Positions 48,295 through 56,898 are shown, numbered from the stretch's first letter. The stretch is DNA of 64,000 nt from Campylobacterota bacterium (GCA_034716855.1 JAYEKV010000160.1:1926-65925); one strand, 5' to 3'. The notes: generated by a model not told the origin, from the letters alone. Program-made: numbers and translations.

Positions 48295-49358
48295 TATTTA
48301 CCTCCAAACTTCAATATCTCTTTTAATATTTCAGGAAAAGGGAGAACTTTAACTGTTCCACCTTTTTCATATGCTGCCCTTGGCATACCGTAAATTGTCG
48401 CAGTTTCTTTTGATTCTGCAATTGTGTATGCACCTTTATTTTTTAGCTCAACCATACCTAATGCACCGTCATCACCAATACCTGTAAGTTCAATAGCTAA
48501 TATATTCTCACATTTCATTGTTTTTGAAGCAGAAAAAAACATCTCACCTACAGAAGGAGTAAAAAACAATTTTTTAGTATTCGAGCCTAATTTTACACTT
48601 ACAAGTCCTGAAGCCTTTTTTGAAAAGACCATATGGTATCCACCTTTACCTATTATAAGTTTTCCTGCAGTTAAAGGTTCATTGTTCTTGGCTTCTACAA
48701 CATTCAAATTAGAAATATCATTAAGTCTTGTTGCAAACTTCTCAGTAAAAAGCTCCGGCATATGCTGTACCACACAAATAGGATATGGATAATCAGCAGG
48801 CATTGTCGTAGCAATCTTTTCGATTAAACCAGGACCCCCTGTTGAAGATCCTACCAAAACAAACTTTTCAGCTTTTTGCGATGATGAAACAATTTTTTTA
48901 ACTTTCTTTTTTCCAAGTCCCGTTTTCGTTACATTACCCGCTTTTCTAATAACAAGTCTATTTTTTGATATATTAGTTGCTGCTGTTACTTTTCTAATAA
49001 TCTCATCACCTGATTCTTTTACTTTTAAAGTAATAGTCCCAGGCTTCCCTACAAAATCAACCGCACCGTAATCAAGAGCTTCAAATGTAATATCAGCATC
49101 CCCTTGTGTTAGAGAACTTACCATAACAATAGGTGTGGGTTTTTTCTTCATTATCGTTTTTACTGCACTTAAACCATCCATAACCGGCATATTTATATCC
49201 ATAGTTATTGCATCAAAATCTGATTCAAAAGTTTTTTCAACAGCTTCTTGACCGTTTTTTGCATAATCTACCTCAAAAGAGGCAGAAGTAAGCAGCTTGC
49301 CAAGTTCTCTTCTTATAAGTGCAGAATCATCAACGATTAGTATTTTTTTAGCCATCAA
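48294..49358 (-). CDS. cheB: Chemotaxis response regulator protein-glutamate methylesterase CheB
   Basis: 354 aa with a REC domain (DDS, TMDINMP) and a methylesterase domain (GSSTGGP, VVQHMP, GIGDDGA). Confidence 0.9.
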   Translation of the reverse strand: MMAKKILIVDDSALIRRELGKLLTSASFEVDYAKNGQEAVEKTFESDFDAITMDINMPVMDGLSAVKTIMKKKPTPIVMVSSLTQGDADITFEALDYGAVDFVGKPGTITLKVKESGDEIIRKVTAATNISKNRLVIRKAGNVTKTGLGKKKVKKIVSSSQKAEKFVLVGSSTGGPGLIEKIATTMPADYPYPICVVQHMPELFTEKFATRLNDISNLNVVEAKNNEPLTAGKLIIGKGGYHMVFSKKASGLVSVKLGSNTKKLFFTPSVGEMFFSASKTMKCENILAIELTGIGDDGALGMVELKNKGAYTIAESKETATIYGMPRAAYEKGGTVKVLPFPEILKEILKFGGK

Positions 49359-49364
49359 CTCTCT

Positions 49365-50135
49365 TTATATGTGAATATCATTTATAATTGTTGCTATTTT
49401 ACCGTCTTCAAGTTCTATTGCACAATCAAATTGAACGATCTCACCCTCTTCTACTTGACTTAACTTTTGTTTTTGTTCATCTTTTATAGTTATAATATCA
49501 ATAACATCATCCACAAGAATATTAACTGTATCACCTTTACTTGTATTAAATGCAACAATTCTCTGAATTGAGTTTGTCCAAAGGTCAATATCTTTGTTTA
49601 ACATCTCCAGATTATTAATAACTATATCATAATGGTTATGAATCTCCGTTCTTATTATACCTACGGCTTTTTCCTTATCTGTAAGTGCAGTATCTATTAC
49701 AACTCTACCTTTTTGGTGAAGATGTTTATGATGAGGATTGATCTCCCTTTTTATCTTATCCATAAATGTATCATCACATTTTAAACATGTAAGAATATCA
49801 TCAAGCCATTTCCCTAAAGGACAAGCATGTGGGTCAAGTGTTTTTGTGAAATCTTTATCTTGATTTACAGACTCTTCTAACTCTTTTATCCAATCTGCAT
49901 GTCCTTGTTTAATACTTGCGATAAACTCTTGAAGCTCTTCGCTCATCTCTTTATAGTGCATCATCTTTCTTAAACTTACAACAGTACCTATATGACCTCT
50001 TATGTTCATAACACCAAGGATATATTCTGCTACTTCAGGTATCTCCGTTATATCCTTAGGTCTTAGTATCTCTATAATACTCTCAACATCTATTGCAAAA
50101 TATTTGTCTTTAACTACTAATAATAAATACTCCAT
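49365..50135 (-). CDS. CheW-like coupling protein with CZB (chemoreceptor zinc-binding) domain inserted in the CheW fold
   Basis: 256 aa. The N-terminal half of CheW covers residues 1-58 (YFAIDVESIIEI...GVMNIRGHIGTVVSL). The CZB motif HADW-x22-CPLGKW-x25-HKHLH covers residues 79-140. The C-terminal half of CheW covers about residues 190-256. Confidence 0.8.
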   Translation of the reverse strand: MEYLLLVVKDKYFAIDVESIIEILRPKDITEIPEVAEYILGVMNIRGHIGTVVSLRKMMHYKEMSEELQEFIASIKQGHADWIKELEESVNQDKDFTKTLDPHACPLGKWLDDILTCLKCDDTFMDKIKREINPHHKHLHQKGRVVIDTALTDKEKAVGIIRTEIHNHYDIVINNLEMLNKDIDLWTNSIQRIVAFNTSKGDTVNILVDDVIDIITIKDEQKQKLSQVEEGEIVQFDCAIELEDGKIATIINDIHI

Positions 50136-50138
50136 CTC

Positions 50139-52037
50139 TTATCCTTGTTGTAATTCATCTGCTGAAACTGCTAGATCTTCAATATAATCACCCATCTCTG
50201 CTATTGTGTCATTTATAAGTGATGCCGCATGTTTTGATTCTTCAGTATTTTGAAGTGACTGCTGTGCTGCACCTAGTATTTGAGTACTTGCTGTTAATGC
50301 TTCTTCAATAGAACACTTATTTTTTTCGTTTGCTATTTTTAAACCGTTAAAAGCTTCTATTATTTTTTCTACATTTGTTATAGCTCTTGAAGCTTCATCT
50401 TTTAACATATTTACAGTAATAAGCTCTTGTTCTTGATTGTTCATAGTTGTTTCCCAGATAGTATCAATATTTTCTATCTCTTCATCAAGGCTGTCCATAA
50501 CATCCTGAACCTTATCCATATTATTCCCGGCATCCTGTGCAAGACTTCTGATATCTCCACTTACAACGGCAAAACCTTTACCGCTTTCACCTGCACGAGC
50601 TGCTTCTACACTACCGCTTACTGCCAGCATTGTAGTTTGAGCATTTGTATTTACAATTTTTACAAGTGTCTTATTGATCTTATTTGCTTCTTTGTCAACA
50701 AGTCTCATCTGCTTACTTGTAACTTTACCCTCAACAACACTCTCATCTGTAAATTTATGAGTTTCATGGAGTTCTGATTCAACATCTTTTAAATATTTCG
50801 CTGTTTTATCAAGGAAATCAATAACCTCTAAAGTATTATCTAAAAGTTCATTTTGTATATCCAATGAATCTTCTGCAAATTTTTGATTTACACTAGATTC
50901 TTCAGAAGTTATCTGTGCTGCTCCTTCTATTTGTTCTAAAGCAATTACCGACTGCTGCATAGATTTTTGTATCTCTTCAACTACACTTATAAGCTCTTCA
51001 GCCGCCGTAGAAATCTCTTCAGCATCTTTTGAGGCATCTGTTGAGTTCTTTAGCTCTTCTGCAAGTTCAGACAATCCACTTGCCGCTTCTTCTGATTCAT
51101 GAAGTGCATTAACCTGCATCTCTATAGAGTTTGTGATCTGTGCAACGGCACTTGCACTCTCCTCTGCCGCACTTGCAATAGATTCACTACCTTTATTGAA
51201 CTCCTGTGCTTTATCTGCAAGATCTTCAAACTTTTTTACACTTGAAATTATTATATCAATGGCAGTTTGGATACTTTCCATAGAACCTTGAATGTTTTTG
51301 GTAATAGATTCGCCAAGGTCTGAAGAGTTGATAATAAGTGAAGCAACTGTTTGAATATTGTTCTCAACTTTTTCAATAGATTCTTGAATATTGCTAACAA
51401 CTTCTCTTATCACATCTGCATATGTTGTAGATACAGCAGCAAGCTCTCTTGTCTCAGCTGCAACAACTGCAAAACCTTTACCCTGCTCTTTTGCTTTTGC
51501 TGCTTCAATTGCCGCATTTAATGCAAGTAGATTTGTCTGGTCTGCAATCTTTGCGATCAAACCAACTGCCTGACCGATATTGTCACTGGCTTTTTTCATA
51601 TCTGCACTTTTTTCTTGTACATTTGTAACAGTTTGTGAAGCTAGCTGCATTCTATTTGCAGTTTCTATAACTTTCTCGCCACCCTCTTCAACAACAACTT
51701 TTGTTGATGAAGCCAAAGCAACAGATTCATTTAACTCTCTCATTGTTTTTTGAATAGATTGATTTAGCTGAGTAACAACTTTTAAACTTTGCTCAGATGC
51801 ACCTGCGTTTTGTTCACTGGCAGCTGCTATTTGTTCCATAGCACTTTTTAACTCTTCAATAGCACTAACGCTCTCTTGAGCTTTTCTTAAAATTTCTGTT
51901 GATACACCGTCTATAGCTTCAGATATCTGCTGTTGCTTTGCCAATGTTCTGTTTCTTTTTTTATTTACCACATCACTTCTTTTTGATTTTACTCCACCAA
52001 TATTAGATGATGCGGTATTATGTTCTACGAAAGCCAT
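50139..52037 (-). CDS. Soluble methyl-accepting chemotaxis protein with two tandem signalling domains
   Basis: 632 aa with no TM segment. Two MCP hairpin-tip motifs are present (...LLALNAAIEAAKAKEQGKGFAVVAAETRELA and ...MLAVSGSVEAARAGESGKGFAVVSGDIRSLA). Confidence 0.85.
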   Translation of the reverse strand: MAFVEHNTASSNIGGVKSKRSDVVNKKRNRTLAKQQQISEAIDGVSTEILRKAQESVSAIEELKSAMEQIAAASEQNAGASEQSLKVVTQLNQSIQKTMRELNESVALASSTKVVVEEGGEKVIETANRMQLASQTVTNVQEKSADMKKASDNIGQAVGLIAKIADQTNLLALNAAIEAAKAKEQGKGFAVVAAETRELAAVSTTYADVIREVVSNIQESIEKVENNIQTVASLIINSSDLGESITKNIQGSMESIQTAIDIIISSVKKFEDLADKAQEFNKGSESIASAAEESASAVAQITNSIEMQVNALHESEEAASGLSELAEELKNSTDASKDAEEISTAAEELISVVEEIQKSMQQSVIALEQIEGAAQITSEESSVNQKFAEDSLDIQNELLDNTLEVIDFLDKTAKYLKDVESELHETHKFTDESVVEGKVTSKQMRLVDKEANKINKTLVKIVNTNAQTTMLAVSGSVEAARAGESGKGFAVVSGDIRSLAQDAGNNMDKVQDVMDSLDEEIENIDTIWETTMNNQEQELITVNMLKDEASRAITNVEKIIEAFNGLKIANEKNKCSIEEALTASTQILGAAQQSLQNTEESKHAASLINDTIAEMGDYIEDLAVSADELQQG

Positions 52038-54793
52038 TACTTTTTCTCCTTTTGATTTATAAGTTTAACTGGATTAATTACAAATAAAACTTCACCGTTT
52101 CCTAAAAGTGAAGTACCTGAAATGAACGGATGATCTTTAAAGTTTGATGATAGAGGTTTTTGAATTATATCTAACTGATTTACAAACTCATCAACCACAT
52201 AACCAAATTTATTTTCTGATGTTTCAATAATCAATAACGATATATTCTCTTTTTGATCAACATCTTTTGAAAGAAGATTATAATTAAATATTAACGGTAT
52301 AAGGTTACCTCTTAGTTTCAACATTGGTTTTTTATTTACATACTCTATCTCTTCTTTTGGTATTTGAACAGTTTCACTTATTGTATCCATTGCAAGAGCA
52401 TAATTAACATCTCCTAGTTTCACATGGAATACATTTGTAAGCGCAACGCTCATTGGAAGCTCCAGTACCAATGTAGTACCCACACCAACTTCACTTTTTA
52501 AAGATATCTTACCTCCAACATCATCGATACTTTGTCTAACTACATCCATACCTACACCACGACCTGAAAGCTCACTTATTTTTTCCATAGTCGATACACC
52601 TGGATGAAATACTAGCATAAGCTTCTCTTCCCGACTCATCTCATCAAGCTGATCTGGATCTACCATCTTTTTATCAAGAGCCTTATGAACAACCTTATCT
52701 ACATCTATACCTCTACCGTCATCCTCTATAGTGATATATACTTTATCCCCTAATGATTGTGCAGAAATAGAGATATTACCTTCAGGGTCTTTACCGTTCT
52801 CTTCTCTCTCTTCTGGCGTTTCTATACCATGATCTAATGAGTTTCTAATTATATGAATAAGCGGATCTGCTAATTTTTCAATAATTGTTTTGTCAAGTTT
52901 TGTTTCTCCACCCTCTTCATGATATTTAATCTTTTTATTTAAAGATTTAGAGATATCTCTTACAAGTTTAGGGTATCTATCAAAAATAAAAGATACAGAA
53001 AGTAGTCTCATCTGCATAACTTTTTCTTGAAGTAAAGTTGTAACTCTATTGATCTCATCATATCTGGTCTGAAGATCTCTCTTACTTGACTCTACATTAG
53101 AGATATCCAATCCATCAGCTATATATGGTAAAGCATTTTTAATAACAAGCATCTCTCCAACTATATCCATCATAGAGTCTATATCAGATAAGTCAATTTT
53201 AACAGTTTTTGCCACTTGTTTTGCAACTTTTTGATTCTTTTCTTTTTTTGACTCTTTTTTAGTCTTTTTAGTAACTTCATTTTTATTCTGTGAAATCTCT
53301 GATTCCGACTTTCGTTCAATTACTTTCTCTGGTTCAGGTGCATCGTTCTCAACTTCTATTTTTTCTTCTACAATATCTTTACAACCTATAGAATCAAACA
53401 TATTCTCAATTACTCTTAATAGATCATCCTTATCATTACAATTTTCTATACCAAAATGATCACCTAAAGATTTTTCTAATTTTAATAAAACAGATTTAAT
53501 TTGAGTATGTACATTTTCATTGTCAATGTTATTTAAAATATAATTTTGTTCGGATAAAATATCTGCTATTGTTTTTTTATCATCTTCATCTAGTGAAACA
53601 ACTTCTGATATAACTTCTTCAGATATCTCTTCTTTTTGTATATTATCTATTTCAATTGTATCTTCTTCTGTTTCTTGTTCAGGTTCTTCTAAAGATTGAA
53701 TCTCTTCTTCTATCTCATCTTCTATTATATTCTCATCATTAATTAATTCAAGAATATAATTTAATGCTTTTGGGATAAGTTTTTCATCAAGATTACAATC
53801 CTCTATCAAATATCTTAATCTTCCAAATAAAAATCCTTGTAAAGAGTTTGGATTTAAGATATCCACTACAGCTTTTAAATTTGCTACAATATTTTTATAA
53901 TCAAACTCAGCAGGAAGATTTTTAATATCATCTAAAAAATCTATAATAGAATCATTTGTTTGTATCTCAAGTTCACAATTTAAAAGTGATTTAACTGATA
54001 ATGGATACACACTTACATCTTCTAAAAAGTTATAAAAAGCATCTTCGAGTAATTCTTGATTTGAGTATACTATAGCTGTGATTCTTGAAGACCATTGAAG
54101 AGGATCCTCTTTTATCTGCTCTAATGTAGCTGAAACTTCAGTATGTATAGAGATTATATTTTCATTTTCAAGTAAATAAAGGGCATAAAAAGGATCATTA
54201 CCCATTTGAAGTGTATCTTCATCAAGATCAATATCTATAAAATAATAATTCATGTTTGTAAAAGATTCTTGAGTTATCTCCTGTGGCTCGTAAGGTATAG
54301 TATTTAACTCAATAGAAGAAAAGTCATTTTTAAACATATTTGCAAAAAAAGGAACTTCATCATCAATAATATTTAACTCAGTATCAATACCCTCTATAAC
54401 TTCCTCTTTTAAATCAAGTATCTCTTCTCTTAATTTTTTAAATTCTAATATTTTATCTTCACCTACAGAAGCTACCTCTCCGCTCTCTTCTGTGGCATCT
54501 ACCAGCTCAGTAACTTCATCAAACATATCATATAATGCATCTAATAAAGTATCACTATATGTTATTTTATCGTTACGGTAAGCATCAAGAAGATCTTCAG
54601 CTATATGGGTAACCTCTTTAACTGCATCAAAGCCTGAAAGACCCGAACTACCTTTTAGTGTATGAGCAGCACGAAAGAGTGCATTTACAGTATCTTTATC
54701 AGACCCTTCCAAGCTTGAAAGATTTTTATCTAGATAAAGAAGATTTTCTCTTGCTTCTACTAAAAACTGTTCTAATATTGGATTCATCTTCAC
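52037..54793 (-). CDS. cheA: Chemotaxis histidine kinase CheA with long non-canonical P1-P3 linker
   Basis: 918 aa with P1 Hpt (AAHTLKGSSGLSG), a roughly 400-aa acidic region, P3/P4 (HIIRNSLDHGIE, GRGVGMDVV) and a P5 CheW-like domain. Confidence 0.9.
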   Translation of the reverse strand: MKMNPILEQFLVEARENLLYLDKNLSSLEGSDKDTVNALFRAAHTLKGSSGLSGFDAVKEVTHIAEDLLDAYRNDKITYSDTLLDALYDMFDEVTELVDATEESGEVASVGEDKILEFKKLREEILDLKEEVIEGIDTELNIIDDEVPFFANMFKNDFSSIELNTIPYEPQEITQESFTNMNYYFIDIDLDEDTLQMGNDPFYALYLLENENIISIHTEVSATLEQIKEDPLQWSSRITAIVYSNQELLEDAFYNFLEDVSVYPLSVKSLLNCELEIQTNDSIIDFLDDIKNLPAEFDYKNIVANLKAVVDILNPNSLQGFLFGRLRYLIEDCNLDEKLIPKALNYILELINDENIIEDEIEEEIQSLEEPEQETEEDTIEIDNIQKEEISEEVISEVVSLDEDDKKTIADILSEQNYILNNIDNENVHTQIKSVLLKLEKSLGDHFGIENCNDKDDLLRVIENMFDSIGCKDIVEEKIEVENDAPEPEKVIERKSESEISQNKNEVTKKTKKESKKEKNQKVAKQVAKTVKIDLSDIDSMMDIVGEMLVIKNALPYIADGLDISNVESSKRDLQTRYDEINRVTTLLQEKVMQMRLLSVSFIFDRYPKLVRDISKSLNKKIKYHEEGGETKLDKTIIEKLADPLIHIIRNSLDHGIETPEEREENGKDPEGNISISAQSLGDKVYITIEDDGRGIDVDKVVHKALDKKMVDPDQLDEMSREEKLMLVFHPGVSTMEKISELSGRGVGMDVVRQSIDDVGGKISLKSEVGVGTTLVLELPMSVALTNVFHVKLGDVNYALAMDTISETVQIPKEEIEYVNKKPMLKLRGNLIPLIFNYNLLSKDVDQKENISLLIIETSENKFGYVVDEFVNQLDIIQKPLSSNFKDHPFISGTSLLGNGEVLFVINPVKLINQKEKK

Positions 54794-54811
54794 CTCCTCT
54801 TCAATATTTTG

Positions 54812-55180
54812 TTAACTACACTTTATAGTTAATAATTTAGCAACCCTTAATAGGTCATCACTGCTTACTGGCTTAACCTCGTAAAAATTTGCACCTGCTT
54901 CATATGCTATAGTTCTATCACTTTTATCTGATTCAGTAGAGATCATAACTATAGAAGCATCATAGCCTGAATTTTCTCTATATCTTCGAACAAATGAATA
55001 TCCGTCTAAAATAGGCATATTTATATCAACTAAAAATAGATCATAACTGTTTTCACTTACTTTTTCCAGTGCTTCCATACCATTTTCTGCTTCATCTATT
55101 TCATAGCCTGCACCTTGAAGTATCTGCTTATGATAAAGTCTTACCGTTACTGAATCATCTACAATCAAAATTTTCATCAT
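54812..55180 (-). CDS. cheY: CheY-like single-domain response regulator (first gene of the operon)
   Basis: 122 aa with canonical DD, LVDINMP, ST and KP residues. A strong RBS (AGGAGGGAAG) lies immediately upstream. Confidence 0.85.
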   Translation of the reverse strand: MMKILIVDDSVTVRLYHKQILQGAGYEIDEAENGMEALEKVSENSYDLFLVDINMPILDGYSFVRRYRENSGYDASIVMISTESDKSDRTIAYEAGANFYEVKPVSSDDLLRVAKLLTIKCS

Positions 55181-55307
55181 CTTCCCTCCTAAATATAGCT
55201 AATAGAAGATTTTAATTATTAAATTTAGTTTAATAAAGAAAACTATACTTAAATCAAAACCAATATGCAATAATAGTATATTTTAGATTAAAATAGTGTC
55301 AAAGTTA

Positions 55308-55316
55308 TGTTACAAT
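55308..55316 (+). promoter_or_regulatory. Candidate extended -10 element (TGTTACAAT) upstream of the REC / REC-HK genes
   Basis: A TGnTAcAAT match lies about 80 nt upstream of ATG 55398 in the divergent AT-rich intergenic region. Confidence 0.3.
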
Positions 55317-55397
55317 CTGTAAATTTCTATATTTTAAAATCAACACATTAAAATGACATTTTTTTAAGATAACATTTTATTATAAAAGGTTTAATAT

Positions 55398-55780
55398 ATG
55401 AACAACAATTTACATGAAAGATTGAAAAATCTTAATGTTTTATTTGTGGATGATGATATATATGTTATAGACATCATGAAAGAGATACTCCCTTATTTAT
55501 TTAATAGGAGTTTTTATGCAGCAGATGGAGTAGAAGGTTTATCTATTTTTAAAAACAACCATATAGATATTATACTTACAGATCTTCACATGCCAAATAT
55601 GAACGGTATAAAGATGACTCAAGAGATAAAAACAATAAACAAAAACATAAAAACTATATAATAAGTGCCAGCAGTGAAAATAAAACATTAAATAAAATAG
55701 AAAAAGTATTTGATGTTTCTATAACAAAACCAATAAATTCAACAGACCTATACAAAGCATTAAAAAAAGTGATGGGATAA
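55398..55780 (+). pseudogene. Single-domain response regulator interrupted by a frameshift at about 55653-55664
   Basis: Frame 1 gives 87 aa of a canonical REC (DDD, TDLHMP) ending at TAA 55659-55661. The frame starting at 55658 continues IISASSENKTLNKIEKVFDVSITKPINSTDLYKALKKVMG and ends in TAATG, overlapping the next gene start. Confidence 0.75.
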
Positions 55781-56898
55781 TGGAAACGATAAAAGAAACA
55801 ACTGTACTGTATGTAGAAGATGATAAAAAGATATTAAAAAGTTTTTTTGACATTAGTGAAAGTATATTTAAAAAAACACATCTTGCACATAACGGTAAAG
55901 AGGGACTTGATTTATATATTAAATATAAAGAGAGTATCGATGTAGTCATTACAGACTTAAATATGCCTATAATGGATGGTATAGAGATGATTAAACAAAT
56001 AAGAGACATTAACTTTGAAATACCTATTATTATTACAAGTGCTTACAATGATCATGTTACTTTAAATAAAGTCATCAATCTAAATGTTGATGGATTCATC
56101 AATAAACCTTTTTCTTATAAGGAACTATTATCAAGTGTAAATAAAGTATTAAAGCCGATCTTTTATAAAAAAGAATTAGAAGAAAAAAACATTTTATTAT
56201 ATCAACAGTCAAAATTTGCAGCTATGGGGGAGATGATAGGTAATATTGCCCACCAGTGGAGACAACCTTTAAATTCAATAGGTGCTACTATGATGAGGCT
56301 TGAATTTCAAACAAAAAATAATGATTTAAGCAAAAAAGCTGTAGAAGATACAATAGAAAAAACAAATAAAATATTAAATCACATGTCTAAAACGATAGAT
56401 GACTTTAGAAACTTTTTCTCACCCCATAAAGAAAAATCAATATTTAAATTTAAAGAGATCATTAATGATATTAGTGAACTTTTCATGCCCCAATTAACTT
56501 CAGACAATATATCTCTAGAGATAATATGTAAAAAAGATATAGAGATCTATGGATATCCAAATGAACTCAAACAAGTTTTACTTAATATCTTAAGCAATTC
56601 AAAAGATGCAATAATAGCATCAAGTAAAAATAACGGTAAAATAGATATATCAATAAAACAGTGTACAAATGATGTTATCATATCTATCTCAGATAACGGT
56701 GATGGAATCAAGCAAGAGATACTTGAAAAGATATTTGATCCATATTTTACAACAAAGTTTCAGGCACAAGGTACGGGTATTGGTTTATATATGTCAAAGC
56801 TTATCATTGAAAATAATATGCAAGGGACTATAAATGTCAAAAATACTAAATACGGTGCAAAGTTCACTATAAAAATACCTATATCTTTAGAAGATTAA
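55780..56898 (+). CDS. Hybrid response regulator-histidine kinase (REC + HisKA-like + HATPase)
   Basis: 372 aa with an N-terminal canonical REC (EDD, ITDLNMP, NKPF), the H-box NIAHQWRQPLN and HATPase motifs (DNGDGI, GTGIGL). Confidence 0.85.
   Translation: METIKETTVLYVEDDKKILKSFFDISESIFKKTHLAHNGKEGLDLYIKYKESIDVVITDLNMPIMDGIEMIKQIRDINFEIPIIITSAYNDHVTLNKVINLNVDGFINKPFSYKELLSSVNKVLKPIFYKKELEEKNILLYQQSKFAAMGEMIGNIAHQWRQPLNSIGATMMRLEFQTKNNDLSKKAVEDTIEKTNKILNHMSKTIDDFRNFFSPHKEKSIFKFKEIINDISELFMPQLTSDNISLEIICKKDIEIYGYPNELKQVLLNILSNSKDAIIASSKNNGKIDISIKQCTNDVIISISDNGDGIKQEILEKIFDPYFTTKFQAQGTGIGLYMSKLIIENNMQGTINVKNTKYGAKFTIKIPISLED

Noticed and set aside
48424-51573. Plus-strand ORFs (48424-48792, 50002-50187, 50427-50777, 51391-51573) inside cheB, cheW and the MCP gene
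   Set aside because: All are antisense to strongly supported che genes and have no recognisable motifs. Long open antisense frames are expected opposite Ala/Glu/Ser-rich coiled-coil coding sequence.
55719-56009. 96-aa minus-strand ORF overlapping the REC-HK gene start
   Set aside because: It is a hydrophobic low-complexity antisense artefact. The plus-strand REC domain is canonical.
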